A DNA stretch of 14,733 bases from a virus (IMGVR_UViG_2778261529_000003), one strand, 5' to 3'. Shown: positions 7,370 to 14,733, counted from the first letter of the stretch. Made by a program: numbers and translations. The notes: a model not told the origin generated them from the letters alone.

Positions 7370-9171
7370 AAAACGCACCGAATTTAAAATATCAGCCGAA
7401 GGATAAATTCACCGAGGTAATCATTTTGGCCGGGACGGATGCTTACGCCCATGCTCAACACTGGATTGAAAGCGAAGGACGAAAACACGGCGATAACGTA
7501 CCACCTGTTTACCTGGGGCCGAAGCAACTGGCAGACCTGGCGAATATCCGCATTATTGACGAGAAACGCCGCTTTGCGCGTGTCTATCTTGCGGGGGAGA
7601 TCGAGCCAATCCAGATCAATGCTATCGCTGAAAAACTGGCGCTGGCTGGCGTACAGGACGCGAAATTATACAAAGGTATCACCGATCGGGAGCCGGAAAA
7701 CTGGCGCGACTACCTGCAACGGATCCGCGAACAGGCAGAGAGTGGGGAAGTTTCGGCGATGAAATTAGCCACAAAAAATATTGACCTACCCAGGCCAGCA
7801 CTAAATCAGATGGGAGCCAGCCAGAGAGGGGAAGTGTTACTTGAATATTATGGAAGAGCACTGGCTATAAATGATGATTCTGATGTAGTTCACCATTACA
7901 ACGGAATTGTCTGGGTGCCTGTATCTGATAAGGAACTCCAGCGGTCTATGGCGAAGATTTTTATTGATGCTGGAATCAGTTATTCGCAAAACGCCATTAA
8001 ATTTGCCGTAGACACAATGAAATTGAGCCTGCCTGTTATGGGCGGGGCTGACAGGAATCTTATTGGATTCAGTAACGGGGTATTTGATACCAGGACAGGA
8101 AATTTTCGGGAGCACAACAAAAATGACTGGTTGTTAAATGCCAGTGAATTACCGTTCAGCCCACCAGCAGAGGGGGAAACGCTGGCAACACATGCGCCGA
8201 ATTTCTGGAAGTGGTTGCGTCGTTCGGTGGCAGATAATGATCGTAAAGCTGATCGCGTACTGGCGGCATTATTCATGGTACTGGCGAACCGGTACGACTG
8301 GCAGTTATTCCTTGAGGTAACTGGCCCAGGCGGAAGCGGTAAAAGTGTGATGGCGGAGATTTGTACCATGCTGGCTGGTAAGGCCAACACAGTATCGGCA
8401 AGCATGAAGGCGCTGGAAGACGCAAGGGAACGCGCGTTAGTCGTTGGCTTTTCGCTGATTATCATGCCGGATATGGCCCGCTACGCTGGAGATGGTGCAG
8501 GAATTAAGGCAATTACTGGCGGCGACAAGGTGGCAATCGACCCGAAACATAAAGCCCCCTACTCCACACGTATTCCGGCGGTAGTGCTGGCAGTAAACAA
8601 TAACGCCATGTCATTCAGTGATCGCAGTGGAGGGATCTCGCGTCGTAGGGTGATATTTAATTTCTCTGAGGTCGTACCGGAGAACGAACGCGATCCCATG
8701 CTGGTGGAAAAAATAGAAGGCGAACTGGCGGTAGTGATTCGCCACCTGCTTACTCGTTTTTCTGACCAGGATGAAGCCAGACGTCTGTTATATGAGCAGC
8801 AGAAATCAGAAGAGGCACTGGTGATAAAACGCGAGGGTGATTCACTGGTGGACTTTTGCGGCTATCTGATGTCGTTGGTTAAATGTGAAGGAATGATGGT
8901 GGGCAATGCGGAAATAGTGCCATTTAGCCCGAGGCGGTACCTGTATCATGCTTATTTAGCCTATATGTCAGCGCATGGCCTGGGAAAACCAGTATCACTG
9001 ACACGCTTTGGTACAGATATGCCAGGAGCTATGGCGGAATACGGAAAGGAGTATAAGCGGGCTAAATGCACTAAAGGCCAGGATAAAGGGCGAGTGATAA
9101 CAAATGTTCTGTTAGATGATGATGCTGATGGTTGGTTGCCAGCAGCAACAGGGATTAACGACAGAACATAA
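7366..9171 (+). CDS. replication initiator: D5_N domain plus SF3 helicase (P4 alpha C-terminal-like primase/helicase family)
   Basis: 601-aa ORF, GTG start with GGAGG upstream. Walker A GPGGSGKS; D5_N-like segment NGVFDTRTGNFREHNKNDW. Followed immediately by an iteron array. Confidence 0.88.
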   Translation: MKNAPNLKYQPKDKFTEVIILAGTDAYAHAQHWIESEGRKHGDNVPPVYLGPKQLADLANIRIIDEKRRFARVYLAGEIEPIQINAIAEKLALAGVQDAKLYKGITDREPENWRDYLQRIREQAESGEVSAMKLATKNIDLPRPALNQMGASQRGEVLLEYYGRALAINDDSDVVHHYNGIVWVPVSDKELQRSMAKIFIDAGISYSQNAIKFAVDTMKLSLPVMGGADRNLIGFSNGVFDTRTGNFREHNKNDWLLNASELPFSPPAEGETLATHAPNFWKWLRRSVADNDRKADRVLAALFMVLANRYDWQLFLEVTGPGGSGKSVMAEICTMLAGKANTVSASMKALEDARERALVVGFSLIIMPDMARYAGDGAGIKAITGGDKVAIDPKHKAPYSTRIPAVVLAVNNNAMSFSDRSGGISRRRVIFNFSEVVPENERDPMLVEKIEGELAVVIRHLLTRFSDQDEARRLLYEQQKSEEALVIKREGDSLVDFCGYLMSLVKCEGMMVGNAEIVPFSPRRYLYHAYLAYMSAHGLGKPVSLTRFGTDMPGAMAEYGKEYKRAKCTKGQDKGRVITNVLLDDDADGWLPAATGINDRT

Positions 9172-9198
9172 TACGAAATTTATAAGCTGAAACGTAAA

Positions 9199-9540
9199 GG
9201 TAGACGGTTGGTAGACAGATTCACTTAACTCTCTACCAACCATCTACCAATTAATATTTTGAATTATAAAGATATTTTCAATGTGGTAGAGAGGTGGACA
9301 GTTATTTCTATATTCCTAAACCACGGGGGGTATATAAAAAAACAGATAGTTAAGGGTTCATTTTTTAAATTTCTCTTTTAACTGTCTACACTGTCTACCA
9401 TTTAGTAAAAATCATTAATTATCAATGTATTAATGCGGTAGACAGTTAGTAGACAGTTTGCAGATTGTTTTTTTGTTATGAGTTAATAACATTAAATAAA
9501 TCAATAAATTATATCGGTAGACAGTTGGTAGACAGTTGTA
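9199..9540. repeat. iteron-type replication origin: about 12 copies of GGTAGACAGTT in pairs at 11-bp phasing, both orientations, separated by AT-rich tracts
   Basis: Pairs at 9199-9220, 9232-9250 (inverted), 9284-9305, 9380-9400 (inverted), 9436-9460 and 9515-9540. AT-rich candidate unwinding element around 9305-9370. Confidence 0.8.
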
Positions 9541-9543
9541 ACG

Positions 9544-10086
9544 ATGGGGCAAAGCATGACTAAGCTGACCATTAACAGAAAACCGAAAGGCATTTATGGC
9601 ACGCCGCAGAAAACGACGCAGGTGGCACAGGAGCAGGATAAAACCACGTCGGCGCATAAAGTGATGCCCGGTAACCAGAAAGCGCAGCAGAAGCCCACAG
9701 GGGCGACACCGTGGCGGCATATGACCAAGCGCCAGCGCAAAAACCGCAGGCGCATTAACCGCCTCACTGAGTTGTGGCCTGAATTATTCAGTCGGGAAGC
9801 ACCGAAGCCGCTTAAGGTGGGGATATTCGACGACCTGATGCAGGATCTCGCCGTCAGGGGGCTGGCATTCGGTCCAGGGGCATTGCGTGCGACGCTGGCA
9901 TCTTATGCACAGTGTCCGCGCTATTACCGCGCCTTAATGGCTGGTGGGGTACGCTACGACCTGAAAGGCCAGCCGTGCGGCGAGGTGACACCACAGGAAC
10001 AACAGGACGCAGAAACGCGGCTGGTGGCGCTGAATGAGAAGCGCAAACGTCAGCGCCGGGTAGCAAAGGAGAAAACAGGCGCATGA
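9544..10086 (+). CDS. FinO/ProQ-domain RNA-binding protein (RNA chaperone-like)
   Basis: 180-aa ORF (alternative start ATG 9556 with GGGG upstream). Core LTELWPELFSREAPKPLKVGIFDDLMQDLAVRGLAFGPGALRATLASYAQCPRYYRALMAGGVRYDLKGQPCGEVTPQE closely resembles the ProQ N-terminal/FinO domain. Basic tail. Confidence 0.7.
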   Translation: MGQSMTKLTINRKPKGIYGTPQKTTQVAQEQDKTTSAHKVMPGNQKAQQKPTGATPWRHMTKRQRKNRRRINRLTELWPELFSREAPKPLKVGIFDDLMQDLAVRGLAFGPGALRATLASYAQCPRYYRALMAGGVRYDLKGQPCGEVTPQEQQDAETRLVALNEKRKRQRRVAKEKTGA

Positions 10087-10370
10087 TTCACGACAGCAAA
10101 GCGGAAGCACTGGAAGCGCGTGGTCTGTACCGGAGAGCGGCGGCGCGGTGGGCTGAGGTCATCATGCTGGCGAATGATGACAAGGCACGGGAACAGGCGG
10201 CAAAACGTCGCGCGGAATGTATCCGCAAGGCAGCACGCCCACCAGCAAGGCAGGATAATTTCGGGGAGATGCGCGAAACCATCAGCCGGGCACATGCCGG
10301 GATGGGATTACATCAGCCCAATGGTAAGGCATTCAGGAAATACCCTGGATCGAAAAATTGCAGTCAGTGA
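10083..10370 (+). CDS. PerC-family transcriptional regulator-like protein
   Basis: 95-aa ORF; ATGA overlap with the upstream stop. Motif LEARGLYRRAAARW ... KRRAEC ... PPARQDNFGE matches the PerC/Pch pattern as I recall it. Not verified by search. Confidence 0.55.
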   Translation: MIHDSKAEALEARGLYRRAAARWAEVIMLANDDKAREQAAKRRAECIRKAARPPARQDNFGEMRETISRAHAGMGLHQPNGKAFRKYPGSKNCSQ

Positions 10371-10375
10371 CGGAG

Positions 10376-10399
10376 GCCGGGATTTTTCCCGGCTTTTTT
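10376..10399 (+). terminator. Rho-independent terminator (GCCGGG / CCCGGC stem, 6-nt loop, T6 tail)
   Basis: Hairpin and U-tract read directly, 6 bp after the PerC-like stop. Confidence 0.7.
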
Positions 10400-10405
10400 G
10401 TGCCA

Positions 10406-10446
10406 GTAAAAAGCCCGCAGCCAGAAGTGTTGCGGGCTTTGTTTTT
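10406..10446. terminator. second, possibly bidirectional terminator (AAAGCCCGCA / TGCGGGCTTT stem, A-tract 5', T-tract 3')
   Basis: 10-bp perfect stem with 11-nt loop, flanked by AAAAA upstream and GTTTTTC downstream. Confidence 0.6.
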
Positions 10447-10571
10447 CAGGTGATTGAAGTCAATGGGAAGAACGCGATCATCATGCGTTATCGTTTCATA
10501 AATTGCAATAATGTAGATCGTCATTTCAGTTTATGCAATCATAACCATTGTTTTGTTCAGGAGATATGACT

Positions 10572-10745
10572 ATGAGAAAAGCCAGCGTGAAACCCGTTTT
10601 ACTCGCTCGTGATCAGATTGAAGCATTACAGCGCATCCAGGACGAGGAACGCCGCAATTCTCCGCTGGGGATTGCTCCGAGCATTCATGAGGTCGCCCGG
10701 CGTTTAATGCAGCGGGCGCTTTATCCCGTAGAACGTCCGGCCTGA
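10572..10745 (+). CDS. hypothetical small protein (57 aa), possible DNA-binding regulator
   Basis: ATG 10572 with AGGAG 8 nt upstream. First gene after the terminators, so likely the start of a new operon. Confidence 0.4.
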   Translation: MRKASVKPVLLARDQIEALQRIQDEERRNSPLGIAPSIHEVARRLMQRALYPVERPA

Positions 10746-10784
10746 TGGTCGTGATTTTTTGGTGAAAAAAGAGAGGTGGTAAAA

Positions 10785-11363
10785 ATGCCAGCAAGCAAAG
10801 AAGATTTGCGATTAAAACTGATGGAGGTGGTTAACGCTCTGTCAGAGTCGCAGGGAAGCACTCCGCAGGAGATTATCGAAATTCTGAATGCGATCCCCGC
10901 ACAGGATTTCATAAAAGAGGATAACGCGAATCAAAACATCGTCGCGTCAGTCGAAGATGAATCCTCACTGGCAGAAGCCCAGGCTAAAGCGGATTCCGCA
11001 TACAGCAATATGGGCCGTCGCGCTCCGGCCCCGTTTGCTGGTGAAAAGTCGATGGATTACCGCAAACGTGCATTAATTGGCGCACAGAAGCTGGCTAAAA
11101 AATTCAGTGATGTGGATATTCGTTCCGTTTCAGATTCTGCAACGCTGGCGGTGCTGGAAGATCAGATTTACAAGGCTGCTCAGGAAAGTGCTCAGTGGGC
11201 CGTGGAAAACACGCCGGGCCATTTGGGTAAAACCGTAAGAATGGATGAAGCCGGTCGTCGTATTACTGAATATCAAGGAGATCCGAACGTCTGGCTGAAC
11301 GCCTTCAAAATCCCTCCCCGTCGCCTGGTCAAAATTAACGTTGCAAGCCTCGCGGGGGCATGA
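10785..11363 (+). CDS. hypothetical protein (192 aa)
   Basis: ATG 10785 with GAGAGGTGG upstream. Acidic, helical-looking; no family recognised. Confidence 0.55.
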   Translation: MPASKEDLRLKLMEVVNALSESQGSTPQEIIEILNAIPAQDFIKEDNANQNIVASVEDESSLAEAQAKADSAYSNMGRRAPAPFAGEKSMDYRKRALIGAQKLAKKFSDVDIRSVSDSATLAVLEDQIYKAAQESAQWAVENTPGHLGKTVRMDEAGRRITEYQGDPNVWLNAFKIPPRRLVKINVASLAGA

Positions 11364-11380
11364 AAAACGTGCTGAGTTCA

Positions 11381-11410
11381 GCCCTGCCGGATTTGGCGGG
11401 GCTTATTGCT
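11381..11410 (+). terminator. weak hairpin (GCCCTGCC / GGCGGGGC, one G-U pair) followed by TTATTGCTTAT
   Basis: Read directly. Poor U-tract, so may be an attenuator or RNA processing site rather than a terminator. Confidence 0.3.
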
Positions 11411-11427
11411 TATAACCGGATAACATT

Positions 11428-12099
11428 ATGCTTTTAACAGAAATTGAGGCGGCGAAGCAGGTTCGGGACGGACAGCTACCGTCGCCTTATCAGTTTTCCA
11501 ACATGTGGCTGGTTAACCTGCGTATCACAGGAACCGGAATGGCCTACCGCGCCGAAGAAAAAGAATTTGTCTGGCGTTCACCGCAAACTTATCTCAATCC
11601 GCAGTTCCTGGAACGTTGCGCCGGAGTACCCGTCATTATCGACCATCCCGAAAGCAAAACCCTTGAAGACGTGGGCGAACGGTCGCGCATTATTGGCACC
11701 GTCATGTTGCCGTATATTCGCGGTGACGAGGTGTGGGGCGTATGCCGGATTTACGGGCAGGAAATCATCGATTACATCCAGAAAGCACGGGGGGAGGTAT
11801 CCACCAGCCCGTCGGTTGTGTTTTGTGGTGCGTCCGGTGGGGCTGAAGTTCCTGATGTAATGGGCGAGGACAATTTTTTTATTGAGGGTACGCCATTTCT
11901 TATCGATCACGTTGCGCTCGTGCCGCTTGGTGTTTGGGATAAGGGCGGGAAACCATCGGGCGTGGAAGTAACAACGCCGACAGCAGAAGAACAGCTTGCC
12001 GGAATGGTCCGGGACGTTATTGATGCGGCCTGCAAGCCAGCCCTGGAAAAACTGGAAGAAATATCCGGGCGGCTGGCTCAACTGGAAAAAGAAGGGTGA
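11428..12099 (+). CDS. hypothetical protein (223 aa)
   Basis: Protein-like composition in this frame only. The competing 11444..11860 alternative-frame and 11578..12138 antisense ORFs have implausible composition. No obvious Shine-Dalgarno at ATG 11428. Confidence 0.5.
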   Translation: MLLTEIEAAKQVRDGQLPSPYQFSNMWLVNLRITGTGMAYRAEEKEFVWRSPQTYLNPQFLERCAGVPVIIDHPESKTLEDVGERSRIIGTVMLPYIRGDEVWGVCRIYGQEIIDYIQKARGEVSTSPSVVFCGASGGAEVPDVMGEDNFFIEGTPFLIDHVALVPLGVWDKGGKPSGVEVTTPTAEEQLAGMVRDVIDAACKPALEKLEEISGRLAQLEKEG

Positions 12100-12105
12100 G
12101 TCATA

Positions 12106-12633
12106 ATGCTGATGAGTAAGGCAGAATATGCCAAACACAAAGGCGTAAGCCGCCAGACAGTTTACGACTGGATCGATAAAGGCGAAGTGGTCATGTCCGG
12201 TAAAAAAATCGATGTGGAAGCGACAGAGCAGCGGAACAGCCCACCTGCACAGGGAAAAGACACAGTTTCTGAAATGTGGCCAGAGAGAACGCTGGAAATG
12301 ACGTGGGGCGAGTTCTGGAAAGCAGTTAAGGCCAGAGGCGGTAAAATTCCTGCGCCAGCAACGGACGAGGGCATACAGCAGCGTGTGCTGGATGCAGCCG
12401 GGGAATTAGGCTGGGAAGTGCACTTTCTTGATGATGGTGCTATCTGCCTTGAGGATTGCGACGGGCAGCATTACTTTGAACAATACAATTTGCGAGGTAA
12501 TGCCAGGCTGGCAATTCGTATGCTGCGTTGCGAACTCTGCTATGTTGCAGGTGATTATCCCGATGAACTGGAATCATGGAGTGAAGCCGGGCTAAACGCC
12601 CTGGCTGAATGGGAAAAATCAGACCATCAATGA
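12106..12633 (+). CDS. Nu1/terminase-small-subunit-like HTH protein; candidate packaging-redirection (Rpp-like) factor
   Basis: 175-aa ORF. N-terminus MSKAEYAKHKGVSRQTVYDWIDKGEV has the Nu1-type winged-HTH pattern (compare lambda Nu1 KKQLADIFGASIRTIQNWQEQG). Last gene before a repeat array. Confidence 0.55.
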   Translation: MLMSKAEYAKHKGVSRQTVYDWIDKGEVVMSGKKIDVEATEQRNSPPAQGKDTVSEMWPERTLEMTWGEFWKAVKARGGKIPAPATDEGIQQRVLDAAGELGWEVHFLDDGAICLEDCDGQHYFEQYNLRGNARLAIRMLRCELCYVAGDYPDELESWSEAGLNALAEWEKSDHQ

Positions 12634-12635
12634 CA

Positions 12636-12851
12636 TCAAAAAGTGTCAAGTTGAGCAGCTTGCCAGGTTGACACTTTACACTCTGAACGCGAAAAAGTGT
12701 CAACCTCGCTGTAAGCCCCGCCATTACTGGGTTTGTGCCAGATTTACCACGTCAAAAAGCCGAAAAAATCGCGAAAAGTGTCAAGTTGCTATGCTTAGAA
12801 ATGCTAAGGTTTGATAAGGTTTTTCGCGAAAAAGTGTCAAGTGTGTCAACC
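12636..12851. repeat. array of at least five (GCG)AAAAAGTGTCAA sites, one inverted, candidate binding sites for the adjacent HTH protein (cosB/pac-like)
   Basis: Copies at 12638-12653, 12668-12677 (inverted), 12689-12705, 12771-12788 and 12825-12841, plus a half-site TGTGTCAACC at 12842-12851. Confidence 0.65.
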
Positions 12852-13035
12852 GCGCCGCTTTAGAAAACTTTATGTGCAGATCGTTGGATGCATCTGTCAA
12901 AACTTGCCACCCACCAGCACCGCCAGCGGGGATTTTTGGCTACACGCGCTCTAAGTAACAGTTGCTTCAGTGCGTTACATACGTTGGAAGTGTTATAACT
13001 CAAGTTTTTGAGACAAAGTCAGAATTGTATGAATT

Positions 13036-13088
13036 TGTCTATAGCCGTCTACTCAAGTTTTCTACATAATATAAGGAAATAGCATGTT
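13036..13088. other. degenerate copy of the att-proximal arm sequence found just downstream of thrW
   Basis: Collinear anchors TGTCT, 6 nt, GTCTACTCAAGT, 22-23 nt, GCATGTT are shared between 1451-1502 and 13036-13088. ACTCAAGTTTT also occurs at 12999-13009. Confidence 0.5.
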
Positions 13089-13125
13089 GTTTAATTAATG
13101 TACGATAATTCTGAAAGAGTAACAT

Positions 13126-13953
13126 ATGATAAACTTAGATATGGATGTTGTGGTTGGACATGGGCAGAACGATTTTGAAGAATTAGAAATGAATTCCGGC
13201 ATAAAGGTTTTTGCTGGAGCTTCTGACATCACCCAAATTACAACAAGCACTATTTTAGATGATTCAGTCCCCAAAAAATCAACCTCTATACATGGGCTTA
13301 GGAATATGTTCAAACATACATTTGATGGATCGTTTGGACAAAATTTTGAACTTAGAATTGATGATCCTGAAAAGATAAAAAGATTTAATGAAATTGGCAG
13401 GGGTGTTTTTTTTGATGTTATGTCATATTACATCTCTAAAGGAATGGGAATAGCTCACCATCTTAAGAGCCAGAAAGCAATCGACTTAGTAGAGCGTCTT
13501 AAACCGCTTGAAAAACAACTTTTGATAAGAATTCAGGAACCTATACAGAATTTACATAAAACAGTTGAGAAACAAAAATATAATGTACTTCTGAGAAGAA
13601 GAACACCAACTAAAAAATTAGTTGTTGCTAAAATGGATACGCAGACGCTCTTCAATATCAATGTAGAGCATGAATCTGCTCAACCAGTAGAAGAAAATGT
13701 TATTATAACTAGGTTTAATATGTTAACAGGAACTGGTCGATTGTTATTAGATAGACAGTCAGATTCAATTGCCTTTAGACACCATCTTAATTGGGAACAT
13801 GTATTGCAGTCTCAGAAAAATAAGTTTTCAAGGAATCTTGATAGGAATAACAGAGGTGGTAAAGACGCTTTTATACCTATAACCATTTCTGCTTATGAGT
13901 TGCGCGATCATATTGGAGAGCTAAAGGCTTATATAATTAGAGAAATATTGTAA
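13126..13953 (+). CDS. hypothetical soluble protein (275 aa), first gene of an AT-rich cargo operon
   Basis: Long ORF in strongly AT-rich DNA, K/N/I-rich codon usage unlike the island core. Stop TAA 13951-13953 directly abuts the next ATG. No family recognised. Confidence 0.65.
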   Translation: MINLDMDVVVGHGQNDFEELEMNSGIKVFAGASDITQITTSTILDDSVPKKSTSIHGLRNMFKHTFDGSFGQNFELRIDDPEKIKRFNEIGRGVFFDVMSYYISKGMGIAHHLKSQKAIDLVERLKPLEKQLLIRIQEPIQNLHKTVEKQKYNVLLRRRTPTKKLVVAKMDTQTLFNINVEHESAQPVEENVIITRFNMLTGTGRLLLDRQSDSIAFRHHLNWEHVLQSQKNKFSRNLDRNNRGGKDAFIPITISAYELRDHIGELKAYIIREIL

Positions 13954-14733
13954 ATGAAGATGCCCTCAATCAAAGTTATTTCACTTATATTAATAGCTAT
14001 TGTATGGTATTTTTACTTTTCTCATTTCAATCATTGGGATAGCCCGTTAGATATCTTTAATGCTAGCAAATGGATGGGTTTTTCCAATGATAAAGGTGAT
14101 TGGGGCACTTTCGGGGATTTTGTAGGAGGTGTGCTTAATCCTATCTTGACCTTCATTACAATTGTTATGCTCATTAATTCCTTGAAACTTCAACGAGAAG
14201 CAAACGAGCAACTAATTAAAGACGAAAGAAGACAAGAGAAAGACGTTCTTCTAAAACGGTTTGAAGACGGTTTTTATAACCTTATCTCTTCAGAAAGAGA
14301 GGAGTTTAGTTGTTTTACTATTAACATTAACGGAAAAGAATACCGCTCATCTGCTGCTGTTAGTGAATTGGAAGAGGCAATATGGGCTTTTATTGAGAAA
14401 CAAATAGATGAAAAAGGAGCTTGCGAAATTGAGGATGTTAAAAATTACATAAATAAAATTGATGAGGATTCATCTATGGCAATATTTTCCATGGTGCGAT
14501 GTGTATATGTTGTTTTTAAGGTTGTTAAGGATAAATGCCCTGAAGAACATCAAGATTACTACTTAGATATTTTTATGAATATGTTACCAGTTAAACTGGT
14601 AAATTTAGTTGCTATTGTGTCTGTGTATATGGACTGGAAAAACGTAAAATATATTATTGATGGTGGAAAAGGATTTTCGGATAATGAAGCAGTTAAAGAA
14701 TATATTAATACTTGGAAGGAGTTTCATGAATAA
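13954..14733 (+). CDS. hypothetical membrane protein (259 aa) with two N-terminal transmembrane helices, candidate effector
   Basis: Hydrophobic segments VISLILIAIVWYFYFSHF and FGDFVGGVLNPILTFITIVMLINSL, then a charged, probably helical cytoplasmic domain. Zero-nt intergenic spacing from the upstream gene. Confidence 0.7.
   Translation: MKMPSIKVISLILIAIVWYFYFSHFNHWDSPLDIFNASKWMGFSNDKGDWGTFGDFVGGVLNPILTFITIVMLINSLKLQREANEQLIKDERRQEKDVLLKRFEDGFYNLISSEREEFSCFTININGKEYRSSAAVSELEEAIWAFIEKQIDEKGACEIEDVKNYINKIDEDSSMAIFSMVRCVYVVFKVVKDKCPEEHQDYYLDIFMNMLPVKLVNLVAIVSVYMDWKNVKYIIDGGKGFSDNEAVKEYINTWKEFHE

Larger units (their letters stand above)
1445..14733. mobile_element. integrated PICI-like / P4-family satellite genomic island at the 3' end of thrW (left junction and body; right end beyond window)
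   Basis: An integrase sits immediately 3' of the tRNA, followed by alpA, a replication initiator, iterons, an HTH packaging-like gene and AT-rich cargo. The attR repeat of the tRNA 3' end is not found inside the window. Confidence 0.8.

Noticed and set aside
7439-8465. ORFs 7439..7762, 7679..7861, 7837..8115, 7980..8465 and 8138..8320 inside the replication initiator gene
   Set aside because: They are nested in alternative or antisense frames of a 601-aa ORF with clear Walker A and D5_N motifs.
9199-9540. Possible CRISPR array
   Set aside because: The repeats are only 11 bp, occur in both orientations and in adjacent pairs without uniform spacers. This is an iteron origin, not a CRISPR array.
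10120-10569. 149-aa ORF overlapping the PerC-like gene and spanning both terminators
   Set aside because: It crosses two strong intrinsic terminators and an intergenic promoter region, and the translation is not protein-like.
11444-12138. Alternative-frame ORF 11444..11860 and antisense ORF 11578..12138 overlapping the 223-aa gene
   Set aside because: Both translations are proline/arginine/cysteine-rich and not protein-like, whereas the 11428..12099 frame is. They are treated as shadow ORFs.
12634-13125. Lambda-type cosN (GGGCGGCGACCT) or a direct repeat of the thrW 3' end (attR) in the distal intergenic region
   Set aside because: Neither sequence is present on either strand by eye. The island's right end and any cohesive-end site must lie elsewhere or differ from lambda.

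Overview
This window is the left junction and body of an integrated mobile island in an enterobacterial (Escherichia-like) chromosome; the calls below come from reading the sequence and ORF track by eye, with no database search run. Host proA (1-1254) and tRNA-Thr(CGU) thrW (1369-1444) are followed immediately by a P4-family tyrosine integrase (1611-2825), an AT-rich orphan gene, an AlpA-type regulator, an AntA-like antirepressor, a divergently oriented small ribbon-helix-helix (RHH) gene, a chain of translationally coupled small genes, a D5_N/SF3-helicase replication initiator (7366-9171), an iteron origin (9199-9540), a FinO/ProQ-like plus PerC-like regulator pair, two terminators, and an operon ending in a Nu1-like HTH protein with a downstream repeat array. 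This matches a phage-inducible chromosomal island (PICI) or P4-like satellite. The right end (attR) is not in the window. The most interesting locus is a very AT-rich two-gene operon at 13126-14733 (a soluble 275-aa protein tightly coupled to a 259-aa protein with two N-terminal transmembrane helices), sitting just past a degenerate copy of the att-proximal arm sequence. I could not assign it to any family and propose it as a candidate new anti-phage (abortive-infection-like) cargo system. A second AT-rich orphan gene (2954-3751) lies between int and alpA. No CRISPR array, rRNA or IS transposase was seen.
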